A stretch of DNA of 64,000 bases from Thermoplasmata archaeon (lineage in GTDB: Archaea; Thermoplasmatota; Thermoplasmata; Lutacidiplasmatales; UBA184), in the NCBI GenBank assembly GCA_021821785.1, contig JAKACD010000001.1, positions 39,964 through 103,963 of the forward strand, read 5' to 3'. The translations under genes were made by a program, and so were the position numbers. This document shows, piece after piece, positions 20,883-30,157 of this stretch (position 1 is the first letter of the stretch; each line of letters starts with the position of its first letter). The notes below the pieces were generated by a model. The model saw only the letters and a list, made by a program, of their open reading frames with translations. It was not told where the DNA came from and ran no database searches.

Positions 20883-21776
20883 ATGCTGGCCGTCGTCACG
20901 CTCGCGGGCGAGGGGACCCGGATGCTCCCCTGGTCCCGGGGCCTGCGCAAGGAGTTCCTGCCGCTCTACGACCGCGGCGAGGGCGGAGCCCCGGTACTGA
21001 AACCGGTCGCCCACCTCATCGTCGAATCGCTCGTCCGGGCGGGGACCGACCGGATCACCCTCGTCCTCCAGCCGCGGGACGTCGCGTTCGTCCAGAACTA
21101 CTTCACGATCGATCCCGTGTTCCTCGAGCAGCACCGGGAGCACGCCGAGCGCCTCACGGATACCCGCCGGTTCTACGAGACGATCGGGGGGGTGCATTTC
21201 GCGTTCGCAGTCCAGCCGCGGCCCGAAGGATTCGGGGACGCCCTCCTCCGGGCGAAGAGCTCGGTGCGGCGTCGGCCGTTCTTCCTGCACGCCGGGGACG
21301 GCATCCTGATCGAGCCCGACCGGGGCTTCCTTCTCCGGACGATGGGCGAGTACCTTCGGCGGAGCCGCAGCGATGCAGTCCTCCTGGTCCGGGCGGTGAA
21401 GGACCCCCGCCGCTACGGGGTCCTCGAGGGACGGCTCGCGGCGCCGTTCCGAGGCGTCCGGCGGCTCGAGGTCACGGACATGGTCGAAAAGCCGGTGGCG
21501 CCGCGCAGCCACTGGGCCGCGACCGCCGTCTACGCCTTCGCCCCGTCGATCTTCCCGGCCTTGGAGCGGTACCGGCGGGGCCACGCCCCGAAGGAGCTCG
21601 AGGTGACCGACGGGATTCGCGAGCTCCTCGCCACGGGCGGCCGGGTCAGCGCCCTCATCCTCGACCGGCGCTTCGGCGAATGGCGCTCGGTGGGCTCCCC
21701 CGAGGGGTTCGCGCGGGCGCTCGCCCACACCCGCACCGAGGCGCGGCGACGACGCCCGGAACGGGCGAACGATTAA
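20883..21776 (+). CDS. sugar-phosphate nucleotidyltransferase (UTP-glucose-1-phosphate uridylyltransferase-like, Agl4-like)
   Basis: LAGEGTRMLPWSRGLRKEFLPL is the NTP-transferase G-rich loop. The gene sits immediately downstream of SQD1, as in Sulfolobus agl3-agl4. Confidence 0.7.
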   Translation: MLAVVTLAGEGTRMLPWSRGLRKEFLPLYDRGEGGAPVLKPVAHLIVESLVRAGTDRITLVLQPRDVAFVQNYFTIDPVFLEQHREHAERLTDTRRFYETIGGVHFAFAVQPRPEGFGDALLRAKSSVRRRPFFLHAGDGILIEPDRGFLLRTMGEYLRRSRSDAVLLVRAVKDPRRYGVLEGRLAAPFRGVRRLEVTDMVEKPVAPRSHWAATAVYAFAPSIFPALERYRRGHAPKELEVTDGIRELLATGGRVSALILDRRFGEWRSVGSPEGFARALAHTRTEARRRRPERAND

Positions 21777-21849
21777 GACGCGACAGGGCTTATCGAACCG
21801 AAGACCGGTCGCACCATTTGGCACCGAACGGCGAGAGGAAGGACGTCCG

Positions 21850-22929
21850 ATGAAGCGCCAGATGGTCGATATGCTCGCGGAATTGATCAAGATCCCGAGC
21901 GACCCGTTCTCCGACAAGCAGGAGGTCCTCGACTACGTCCAGTCGTTCACCGACCAGATCCACATGCGTAACACGCTCTTCGGGGACTCCCAGGCCCCCG
22001 CGCTCCTCGCGGAGTTCGGCCAGGGCGGGGTCGTCCTCTCTGGCCACCTCGACACGCCCCCGGTAGGGGACTACTGGAGCTTTTCGCAGAGCCAGCTCGC
22101 GTCCGGCCGGATGTACGGCCGGGGGGCCGCGGACATGAAGGGCACGGTCGTCGCGATGCTCGAGGCGGCCCAGGACCTGGTCGCCCGCAAGATACCGGTC
22201 GTGCTCGCCTTTACGACCGACGAGGAGACGGCGATGCAGGGGGCGATGGCCCTCTCGAAGACCCTGCCGCTGCGTCGCGCGAAGGCGGTCGTGGTCGGGG
22301 AGCCGACCGGCCTTCGGGTCGCGTACGCCGAGAAGGGCGTGCTCGACCTCGCGATCGAGACCCGGGGGAAGGCCGCCCACGGGGCCATGCCGCATCTCGG
22401 AGAGAACGCGATCGGCAAGATGATGCGGATCCTGCGCGGGCTCGAGTCGTTCAAGGGACGGATCGCCCACCCCGAGCTCGGCAGCGTCACGCTCAACATC
22501 GGTACCTTCAACGGGGGGACGCGGCTCAACGTCGTCCCGAACCGCGCGACCGCCGAGGTCGACATCCGGTTCCCGCCGCCCTACACGCCCGACCAGCTCT
22601 ACCATGAGATCGAGGAGCACCTGCGCCGGATCAAAACCCCGTTCACGCTCCGTCGTATCCTGACGATGCCCGCCGTCCAGATCGACCCGAACGCCGAGCA
22701 CGTGAAGGTCCTGCGCGACGTGGCGCAGGCCGAGACCGCCGTCCTCGTCCACGCCTCCGAAGCGGTCCACTATTCGCAGGTGAACCCGCGGGTCGTGATC
22801 TTCGGGGCCGGCGAAGAGGAGCTCTCGCATCAGGCGAACGAGTACGTCAAGGTCGAGTCGGTGGCCCGGGCCACCGAGGTCTACAAGAAGTACGCCCAGC
22901 GCCTCGCGACCCTGCGGAACCCCGCGTAG
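21850..22929 (+). CDS. M20-family metallopeptidase/deacylase (ArgE/DapE-like)
   Basis: SGHLDTPPVGDYW, GRGAADMKG, TTDEE and GEPT are M20 zinc-ligand motifs. Confidence 0.75.
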   Translation: MKRQMVDMLAELIKIPSDPFSDKQEVLDYVQSFTDQIHMRNTLFGDSQAPALLAEFGQGGVVLSGHLDTPPVGDYWSFSQSQLASGRMYGRGAADMKGTVVAMLEAAQDLVARKIPVVLAFTTDEETAMQGAMALSKTLPLRRAKAVVVGEPTGLRVAYAEKGVLDLAIETRGKAAHGAMPHLGENAIGKMMRILRGLESFKGRIAHPELGSVTLNIGTFNGGTRLNVVPNRATAEVDIRFPPPYTPDQLYHEIEEHLRRIKTPFTLRRILTMPAVQIDPNAEHVKVLRDVAQAETAVLVHASEAVHYSQVNPRVVIFGAGEEELSHQANEYVKVESVARATEVYKKYAQRLATLRNPA

Positions 22930-22986
22930 GGGCCCCGAGCCCGCGGCCGGCGCGCCATCAAGTACGCAGAGAGGTACTGCGCCGCC

Positions 22987-24168
22987 GTGAAGGTCGCCCA
23001 GCTGTCGACCCGCTACCCTCCCGGGCCGGGCGGGGTCGAGCGGCACGTCGCCGAGCTCGCCCCGCGGCTCGCGGCGCTCGGCCACCGGGTCGAGGTCTAC
23101 ACGAGCGACCTCTACCGCGAGTTCCCCTGGCAGCGACTGGCAGCGTCGGTCCCTCGCGAGGAGCGCACGGCGTTCGGCGCCGTCCATCGGCTCCCGGTCT
23201 GGTCGTTTCCCGGCGAGCTCCACTACCCGTTCTTCCGGGGCCTGGACCGGGCCCTGCTCCGGGACCGACCTGACCTCGTGCATGCCCATACCTACGGCAC
23301 CCACCAGGTCGCCGTGGCTCGGCGCTACGGCCGCCGGACCGGCGCCCCGTTCGTCCTCACGGCGCACTTCCACCCGATCTGGTCGATCGAGGGGGGCTGG
23401 TTCCGCCACCGGCTCCGCGGGTTCTACGACCGGCGGGTCGCCGGTCCGATCGTGCGGAGCGCGGCGGCGGTGGTTGTCCAGACGCACGAGGAAGAGCGGC
23501 TCCTCCGTTCCCTCGGCCTCGCCCTCCCGCGGGTGGTGATCGTGCCGCCCGGCTACCGGCCCCTCCCGGCGCCGCCGTCGGACGCGGGGCGGTTCGGCGA
23601 GAAGTTCGGCATCCCGGGCCCGTTCGTGCTGTTCGTCGGCCGGCTCGCGTCGAACAAAGGCCTCCTTCCGCTGCTCACGGCGTTCGGGACGCTCGCGGCC
23701 GAGGAGCCGACGGCGCACCTCGTGCTGCTCGGCGAGGACGGCGGGATGCGACCGACGGTCGAGGAGCGGATCCGCGCCGCGGGGCTCGCGTCCCGTATCC
23801 ACCTGGTCGGCCACGTCGACGACGACCGATGGGTCGCCGCGGCGTACCGCGAGGCCCGCCTCACGGTACTGCCGAGCGAGTACGAGGCGTTCGGCCTGGT
23901 CCTCTTGGAGTCGCTCGCTCAGGGGACCCCGGTCGTCGCCACCCGGGTCGGGGGGATCCCCGAGGTCGTGGAGGACGGGCGCTCAGGTCTCCTCGTCCCG
24001 CCGAACGACCCGACGGCGCTCGCGGAGGCGCTCCGCCGCCTCTGGCAGGATCGCGCCCTCGCCGCGCGGCTCGGCCAGTACGGCCAGGAGAGCGTCGTGC
24101 CCCGCTACACGTGGGAGGCGCTGGCGGCGCGGCTCGACGCGCTCTACCGGGAGGTTCTCGGTCGATGA
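22987..24168 (+). CDS. GT4-family glycosyltransferase
   Basis: GTG start (MKVAQLSTRYPPGPGGVERHV...). The C-terminus has the EX7E-like region SEYEAFGLVLLESLAQGTPVVATRVGGIPEVV. Confidence 0.8.
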   Translation: MKVAQLSTRYPPGPGGVERHVAELAPRLAALGHRVEVYTSDLYREFPWQRLAASVPREERTAFGAVHRLPVWSFPGELHYPFFRGLDRALLRDRPDLVHAHTYGTHQVAVARRYGRRTGAPFVLTAHFHPIWSIEGGWFRHRLRGFYDRRVAGPIVRSAAAVVVQTHEEERLLRSLGLALPRVVIVPPGYRPLPAPPSDAGRFGEKFGIPGPFVLFVGRLASNKGLLPLLTAFGTLAAEEPTAHLVLLGEDGGMRPTVEERIRAAGLASRIHLVGHVDDDRWVAAAYREARLTVLPSEYEAFGLVLLESLAQGTPVVATRVGGIPEVVEDGRSGLLVPPNDPTALAEALRRLWQDRALAARLGQYGQESVVPRYTWEALAARLDALYREVLGR

Positions 24169-25322
24169 AGGTCGTGCACGTCACGCTGCGCTTCGACGCC
24201 CCCGGCGGGGTCGAGACGAACGTGCACGAGGTCACGCGACGCCTCCGGGCCGCGGGCGACGACGTCGAGGTCTTTGCGAGCGATCTCTACGACGAGGGTC
24301 GCTGGGAACGCCGGACCGGTTACGCTCCCCGGGTCGACGGAGTCCCGGTCCGTCGCTTCCCGGTCCACAAGCGACTCATCCCGGGGCTCACCATGCCGAT
24401 GATGGTCGGGCTGATCGACGCGCTCGCGGAGAGCGGGGTCGACCTCATCCATGCCCACTCCCACCGGTATGGCCATGTGCTGCAGGCGGCGGCCGTGGCC
24501 GAGCGGCTTGAGATCCCGCTCGTGGTCTCAACGCACTACCATCCGGCCGACCGACGCGAGCCCCCGCTGAAGCGGGGCTTGCTTCGCTGCCAAGACATCG
24601 GCTTCGGGCTGACGGCGTACCGCGTCGCCGACGCGCTGGTGGTGCAGACCCCGCGCGAAGCGGCGCTCGTCCGGGAGTTCGCTCCGGCGGACCGCATCCG
24701 CGTGGTGCCCCCCGGGATCGACCTCGCCGCCTGGGCCGACCCCGGCGCCGACCGGGCCGCGGGACTGGACCTGCCCGCCGACTACCTGCTCTTCATCGGC
24801 CGAGTCGCGCCGAACAAGGGCCTCCCCGGCCTGGTGAACGCGCTCGCGGAGCTCGGACCGGCCCGCGCCCCGCCGCTCGTCCTCATGGGTCGGGACTGGG
24901 GCGAGCGGGCCGCGCTCGAGGAGCTGGCCCGTCGCCGGGGCGTGCTCGACCGCCTCCGCTTTCTCGGCCACGTCGAGGACCCCGCGGCGTACCGCGCGGT
25001 CCTCCGGCGGGCCCGCGCGCTCGTGCTGCCTTCCGAGTGGGAAGCGTTCGGTCTCGTGCTCCTCGAGGCGATGACGGCCGGTACACCGATCGTCGCGACG
25101 GCGGTCGGGGGCGTGCCGGATGTGCTCGATGGCGGCCGGGCCGGTCGGCTCGTGCCGTACGGCGACGTGGCCGCCCTCGCCCGCGCGATCGCGGCGGTCT
25201 CCGAAGACGCCGCGGCAACCCGAACCCTCGTGGACGCGGGTCGGGAACGGGTCCGACGGTACGACTGGTCGGAGTGCGTGCGCGCGCACCGCGCGCTCTA
25301 CGAGGAGATCCTGCGTCGCTGA
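24165..25322 (+). CDS. GT4-family glycosyltransferase (second copy)
   Basis: MKVVHVTLRFDAPGGVETNVHEV...SEWEAFGLVLLEAMTAGTPIVATAVGGVPDVL. It overlaps the upstream stop by 4 nt (ATGA). Confidence 0.8.
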   Translation: MKVVHVTLRFDAPGGVETNVHEVTRRLRAAGDDVEVFASDLYDEGRWERRTGYAPRVDGVPVRRFPVHKRLIPGLTMPMMVGLIDALAESGVDLIHAHSHRYGHVLQAAAVAERLEIPLVVSTHYHPADRREPPLKRGLLRCQDIGFGLTAYRVADALVVQTPREAALVREFAPADRIRVVPPGIDLAAWADPGADRAAGLDLPADYLLFIGRVAPNKGLPGLVNALAELGPARAPPLVLMGRDWGERAALEELARRRGVLDRLRFLGHVEDPAAYRAVLRRARALVLPSEWEAFGLVLLEAMTAGTPIVATAVGGVPDVLDGGRAGRLVPYGDVAALARAIAAVSEDAAATRTLVDAGRERVRRYDWSECVRAHRALYEEILRR

Positions 25323-25437
25323 GCGCGCCGCGCCTCGAGCCGCCGGAGCTCGCCCCCGACCGTTCCGAGGTCGGCGGCCGCCGGCCCCCCGCGGAGGTGG
25401 GCCAGCGCCTGCATGAGGCGACCGACGAGACCCGCGA

Positions 25438-26607
25438 TCATTCCGCGGGCGCCTCGGCGAGCTCGATCGCATACTCCCGGAGGATCGCCAGGCCCCGGCG
25501 CAGGTTCTCCCGGGAAGTGGCAAAGGAAAGGCGCAGGTGGCCCGCGCCGAGGGAGCCGAACGCTTCCCCCGGCGTCGTGATGACCCCCCGATGGAGCAGC
25601 TCGGTCGCGACCTCGAGCGCCGTGCGCGGCCAGGTGAATCGGGGAAAGGCATAGAACGCGCCCGCCGGGGCGGTGACCTCGATCCCCGGAATGTTCCGCA
25701 GCAGCCGGGTCACGAGCGCACGTCGGGCCCGGAACTCCCGGACCATGGCGGCGGTCGCGCTGGGGCCCGCCCTGAGCCCCGCGAGCACGGCGGCCTGAGC
25801 GGGGGTCGACGGGCAGGCGAGGATGTGGTAGTGAAGCTTGTTGAGATCGACCGCGAGGTCCCGCGGGGCGACCAGGAACCCGATCCGCCAGCCGGTCATC
25901 GCGAGGGTCTTCGAGAACGAGTTCACGACGACGACCCGATCGCTGCGCCCCCAGAAGGAGGTCGCCGGTCCGTCGTAGACGATCTCCTCGTAGACCTCGT
26001 CGGAGACGATCGTGAGGTCGTGACGGTCGGCGAAGTCGAGGAGCCGGTCGACGATCGCGCGCGGGAACACCGCGCCGGTCGGGTTCGACGGACTGTTCAC
26101 GACGATCGCCCGGGTGCGGGGACCGACGAGGCGCTCGAGCTCGTCGAAATCGGGGAGATAGCGGCGCTCGGTCCGCAGGCTGTACGGGATTGGCGTGGCG
26201 CCGGCGATGCGGGCGTGGGGGCCGTACAGGACGAACCCCGGGTTCGGGACGAGCAGCTCGTCCCCCGGGTCGAGGAGCGAGAGGGCGACCGCCATCAACC
26301 CCTCGGAGCCGCTCCCGGTGACGATCACGTTGTCGCGGGCGGTCGACGGGCGCCGATCCTGGTACCGCTCGGCGATCGCGTCGCGCAGCTCGGGAAGACC
26401 GGCCGACGGGCCGTAGTGGTTCTGGCCATGGCGGACGGCCTCGCAGAGCCCGTCGATCACCTCGCGGGGCGGTTCGAAATCGGGCTCGCCGAGACCGAGG
26501 TTGATCGCGTTCGGGGGCGCGGCCTCGAACATCTTGCGGATGCCCGAGAGCTCGATCCGGCGTACCCGCTGCGCGACCATTTCGTCGTTGACCGAGACGG
26601 GGCTCAT
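25438..26607 (-). CDS. class I/II PLP-dependent aminotransferase (aspartate aminotransferase-like)
   Basis: 389 aa with ...NLGLGEPDF...NPTGAV...SFSKTLAMTGWRIGF (lysine in the SxSK motif). Confidence 0.82.
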   Translation of the reverse strand: MSPVSVNDEMVAQRVRRIELSGIRKMFEAAPPNAINLGLGEPDFEPPREVIDGLCEAVRHGQNHYGPSAGLPELRDAIAERYQDRRPSTARDNVIVTGSGSEGLMAVALSLLDPGDELLVPNPGFVLYGPHARIAGATPIPYSLRTERRYLPDFDELERLVGPRTRAIVVNSPSNPTGAVFPRAIVDRLLDFADRHDLTIVSDEVYEEIVYDGPATSFWGRSDRVVVVNSFSKTLAMTGWRIGFLVAPRDLAVDLNKLHYHILACPSTPAQAAVLAGLRAGPSATAAMVREFRARRALVTRLLRNIPGIEVTAPAGAFYAFPRFTWPRTALEVATELLHRGVITTPGEAFGSLGAGHLRLSFATSRENLRRGLAILREYAIELAEAPAE

Positions 26608-26717
26608 TACCGTTGTGCCGTGCGACGCTACGTCGTGCCGTCCCGGGGCCGTCGGAACGCCCCGGGCACAAGGGACATCTATCCGGACCGCTCCCCAGTG
26701 GATGGCCAGGCAGCTCC

Positions 26718-28058
26718 ATGACCGTCCGTATCGTGGTCGGTGCGCAGTTCGGCGACGAGGCGAAGGGCAAGATCACGGACTTCCTGGCGGCGGACGCCCG
26801 CTACGTGGTCCGGACCGGCGGCGGTCCGAACGCCGGCCACTCGATCCATCTTCCCGAGGGTGCGTTCGTCCTGCACCAGCTCGCCTGCGGCGTTCTCCGT
26901 CACGGCGTCACCGGCGTCAGCGGTCCCGGAATGGTGGTCCAGCCGATCGCCTTCGAGGAGGAGATGCGCGAGCTCGAGCGCAAGGGGCTCCTGCGCGGCG
27001 AGGTCCTTGTCTCCGACCGGGCCCACGTCCTCCTGCCGGTCCACGAGATCGAGGATGCGTGGGAGGATGAGCTGCGGGCCCGCAAGCGACCCGGCGCTGG
27101 GATCGGAACCACCCGTCGTGGAATCGGGCCGGCGTACGCGGACCGCGCGGGGCGTTGGGGACTTCGGATGGGCGACTTGGCCCGCCCTTCGGTCCTCCGC
27201 GAGCGGCTCGAGCTCCTCTACGCGACGAAGACCCACCTCTCGAACCTTCCCGCCATCGATGAGCTCGCCAGCCGCCTCACCGAGGTCGCGGGACGGCTCG
27301 CCCCGCTCATCCGCCCGACCGAGCCCGTCCTCTGGGAGGCGGTCGCGCGGGGGGAGAACGTGCTCCTCGAAGGGGCCCAGAGCGCGCTCCTCGACATCGA
27401 CTTCGGCACGTATCCGTTCGTCACGAGCTCCCACCCGACGAGCGCCGGCGCGCTCGTCGGAAGCGGGATCCCGCCCACGGAGGTCGACGAGGTCATCGGG
27501 GTCGCAAAGGCGTACTCGACCCGGGTGGGCAGCGGACCGTTCCCCACCGAGGACTCGGGCGAGATGGGCCAGTACCTTCAGCGGGTGGGCGGAGAACGCG
27601 GCGCGACCACCGGTCGGCCGCGCCGGTGCGGCTGGCTCGACCTCGTGATGCTGCGGTACGCCGCGCGCCTCAACGGCTTCACGTCGCTGGCGATCACGAA
27701 GGTCGATGTCCTCGGCGGCCTCGACGAGATCCCAGTCTGCGTGCAGTACGTGATGCCCGATGGAACGACCCTGCGCGACGTGCTCCCCTCCCAGGCGGAC
27801 GATCTCGACAAGGCGCAACCGGTCTACGAGCGGCTCCCCGGGTGGCCCGAGCTGCACGAGCGGGCGAAGGAACGGATCCGCCGGGAGGGCGCGCACTCGC
27901 TCCCCTCGACCCTGCGCCGGTTCCTGGCCCGGATCGTCGAGGAGACGGGCGTCGGCGTGGAGTATGTGGGCTTCGGGCCCGCCCGGGAGGATACGGTTCG
28001 GCTCGAGCCGACGGGTCTCCGGGGATCGGGGGCCGGTCTTTCGGCGTGGAACGGCTAA
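26718..28058 (+). CDS. purA: adenylosuccinate synthetase
   Basis: MTVRIVVGAQFGDEAKGKITD...GGGPNAGHS...GIGTTRRGIGPAY...GTTGRPRRCGWLD. The start at 26718 is chosen within a longer ORF. Confidence 0.92.
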   Translation: MTVRIVVGAQFGDEAKGKITDFLAADARYVVRTGGGPNAGHSIHLPEGAFVLHQLACGVLRHGVTGVSGPGMVVQPIAFEEEMRELERKGLLRGEVLVSDRAHVLLPVHEIEDAWEDELRARKRPGAGIGTTRRGIGPAYADRAGRWGLRMGDLARPSVLRERLELLYATKTHLSNLPAIDELASRLTEVAGRLAPLIRPTEPVLWEAVARGENVLLEGAQSALLDIDFGTYPFVTSSHPTSAGALVGSGIPPTEVDEVIGVAKAYSTRVGSGPFPTEDSGEMGQYLQRVGGERGATTGRPRRCGWLDLVMLRYAARLNGFTSLAITKVDVLGGLDEIPVCVQYVMPDGTTLRDVLPSQADDLDKAQPVYERLPGWPELHERAKERIRREGAHSLPSTLRRFLARIVEETGVGVEYVGFGPAREDTVRLEPTGLRGSGAGLSAWNG

Positions 28059-28064
28059 GAGGCC

Positions 28065-28937
28065 GTGGCGTTCGATCCCTTCCTCTACGTTGCCCTGGCC
28101 CTCGGGTTCCTCGCGGGTCGTCTCTGGCCGCGCCCCTCCCCATGGACCCCGAAGCTCACGCTCGTCACGGTCGCCGTGCTGGTCGGCCTCTTGGGAGCCT
28201 CGCTCGCGGCGGTCCCGAGCGCCGACCTCCTTCTCGCGATCCCCTTGGCCCTGGGATTCACCGTGCTCGTGCTCGGGCTCACGATCGGCGCCTACCTTCT
28301 GCTCGCGCGTTCCCCCGCTCCGTCCCCGCCGCCGGCACATCCCTCCCCCTCCTCCCGAGCCCGCGTCCCGATCAGCGGGAGCCTGGTGGTCGCCCTCCTC
28401 GTCGGCTATCTTGCGGGACGTCTCGTCCCGTTCCCCTCGGACCAGGCGATCCCGTACGCGCTGTACGTGCTGCTCGCCCTGGTCGGCTTCGACCTCCACT
28501 GGGATTGGAACGCCCTAAGGGAGATCTGGCGCCCCTTGACCGCGGCCGTAGCGGCCGCGCTCGTCGGCGGGGTGCTCTTCGCCGTCGCCGCCGGGGTCGC
28601 GCTCCCGGTCGCCCTCGCGACGAGCCTCGCGTTCGGATGGTACTCGCTCTCCGGCCCCCTGGTGGCCGCTCGAGCGGGTGCGGTGCTCGGCCTGCTCGCG
28701 TTCCTCACGAACTTCTTCCGCGAGAACCTCACGATGCTCTTCGCGCCGGTGCTCGGAAAACGCCTGCGCGGGGGCGGCCTCACCGCGATGGGCGGCGCGA
28801 CGGCCATGGACACGACGCTCTACTTCGTGACGCGGTACGGGGACGAACGAGCGGCGAGCCTCTCGCTGGCGAGCGGTCTCTTGCTCACGCTCGCGGCCAG
28901 CCTCGTCCTCCCGGCCCTGCTCGCGCTCCCGCTCTGA
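28065..28937 (+). CDS. polytopic membrane protein (DUF340/LysO-like)
   Basis: 290 aa with a GTG start and about 8 predicted TM helices. The family assignment is tentative. Confidence 0.5.
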   Translation: MAFDPFLYVALALGFLAGRLWPRPSPWTPKLTLVTVAVLVGLLGASLAAVPSADLLLAIPLALGFTVLVLGLTIGAYLLLARSPAPSPPPAHPSPSSRARVPISGSLVVALLVGYLAGRLVPFPSDQAIPYALYVLLALVGFDLHWDWNALREIWRPLTAAVAAALVGGVLFAVAAGVALPVALATSLAFGWYSLSGPLVAARAGAVLGLLAFLTNFFRENLTMLFAPVLGKRLRGGGLTAMGGATAMDTTLYFVTRYGDERAASLSLASGLLLTLAASLVLPALLALPL

Positions 28938-28941
28938 AACA

Positions 28942-28949
28942 CCTTAAGG
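28942..28949 (+). promoter_or_regulatory. palindromic TATA-like CCTTAAGG about 30 nt upstream of tRNA-Val
   Basis: Its position relative to the mature tRNA 5' end fits an archaeal TATA box. Confidence 0.45.
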
Positions 28950-28975
28950 GTCGGGAACGCTGGCGTCTTCCGTTT

Positions 28976-29048
28976 GGGCTCGTGGTCCAGCGGTTACGAC
29001 GTCGCTCTCACACAGCGAAGATCGCCGGTTCGAATCCGGCCGAGCCCA
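28976..29048 (+). tRNA. tRNA-Val (anticodon CAC)
   Basis: Acceptor GGGCTCG/CGAGCCC, anticodon stem TCGCT/AGCGA with loop CTCACAC, T arm GCCGG-TTCGAAT-CCGGC, discriminator A. No encoded CCA. Confidence 0.9.
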
Positions 29049-29152
29049 TCTGACACGAAATAGGCACTCTCCGGCCCTCGTCGCCCCGGATCGGTCGTGA
29101 CGCGGCGGCGCCCAAAATCGGCCCGCGGCGGTCGGGAGTCGGACCGCAACCT

Positions 29153-30157
29153 CTAGCTCGCCTCGTCGACCCGCCGTTGGACCCGAAGCGCCGAGAGGGT
29201 GATCCATTTGCTAGGCTGGCCCACCGGCTCCAAGGACCACGGCTTGAACTCCTTCCCTCCGTAGTCCTTCTTCAGTTCCGCGCCCACATCGGGATGGACT
29301 TTGTCCAGGGCCCAGGTCCCGTCCGAGCGGCGCTTGTCCGCGAGGATCTTGAGCGCGGGTCGGAGACGTCGGTCGTCGGAATATCCCAGGCGGGTCACCG
29401 TGTCCAGTCCGACCAGGACGTCGTAAAAGTAGTGGGTGGGGTAATGGAAGCGGAACCACGGCTCGTAGCGTGTGCCTTCGCGGAAGAGGTTGCGATCCAG
29501 GTAGAACTCGACCCCCCTCTCGATCGCGGACTCCATCGCCCGCGACCGCTTCGGCTTCGGCAGGGCGGAGAACGCGGCGAGCGCCTGCCAGCAATCGAGC
29601 GTACCGGGTTGGTCGGGGGCGCAGTTCCATCCCCCGTTCTCCCGCTGGTCCTCGATCATCCAGGCGTAGAGCTTCTGCACGCGACGATCGTCCTCGTAGC
29701 CGAAGTGAGCCAGCATGCGAGCGAGGTTCCCGACCGCGCACACCTCCTCGGTGAAGAAGTTGAACGGCGAGCTGAGCCGGAGCTTGTAGTCGAAGAACAG
29801 TTCGGCCGTCTTCCGGATGCGCGGCTCGCGAGCGGTGAGCCCCAGGTCGGCGAGGACCATGGCGGGCCACATCGTTGAGCCAAACTGTGGGAACTGGAGG
29901 AAGCGGGTCCATCCCCGAATGTCGGTCGGTTCGCGGGGTTCCCAGTAGCCTTTCGGCTTCTGGCGGCTCAAAAGCTGCGCCGCCCAGCCGTCGCGGGGGA
30001 TCCGGGACCGGGCCTTTCGGACCTCGGGATCGTTCTCCTTTCGCCCGAGCAGGTCGACCAGGGTGAAGTACTGAACCGAGGGCTGATCGCTCTCGAGCAG
30101 CCAGCGAATGACCCCGTGCTCCGACGCGTGGTTCGCGCGTGCACCCAGTCGGGCCAT
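29153..30157 (-). CDS. alpha/alpha-toroid protein with QW motifs (prenyltransferase / squalene-cyclase repeat family)
   Basis: 334 aa with three QxxxGxW-type repeats (QKPKGYW, QRENGGW, RRSDGTW) spaced as in terpene cyclases and prenyltransferase beta subunits. Confidence 0.55.
   Translation of the reverse strand: MARLGARANHASEHGVIRWLLESDQPSVQYFTLVDLLGRKENDPEVRKARSRIPRDGWAAQLLSRQKPKGYWEPREPTDIRGWTRFLQFPQFGSTMWPAMVLADLGLTAREPRIRKTAELFFDYKLRLSSPFNFFTEEVCAVGNLARMLAHFGYEDDRRVQKLYAWMIEDQRENGGWNCAPDQPGTLDCWQALAAFSALPKPKRSRAMESAIERGVEFYLDRNLFREGTRYEPWFRFHYPTHYFYDVLVGLDTVTRLGYSDDRRLRPALKILADKRRSDGTWALDKVHPDVGAELKKDYGGKEFKPWSLEPVGQPSKWITLSALRVQRRVDEAS

Noticed and set aside
21790-23814. 674-aa minus-strand ORF antisense to the M20 and GT4 genes, and many similar long ORFs (e.g. 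9811-11880, 7561-9354, 37125-39005, 26679-28499, 20018-21853)
   Set aside because: They are antisense or alternate frames of well-supported genes. They have low-complexity R/G/P/A/D composition and no family motifs.
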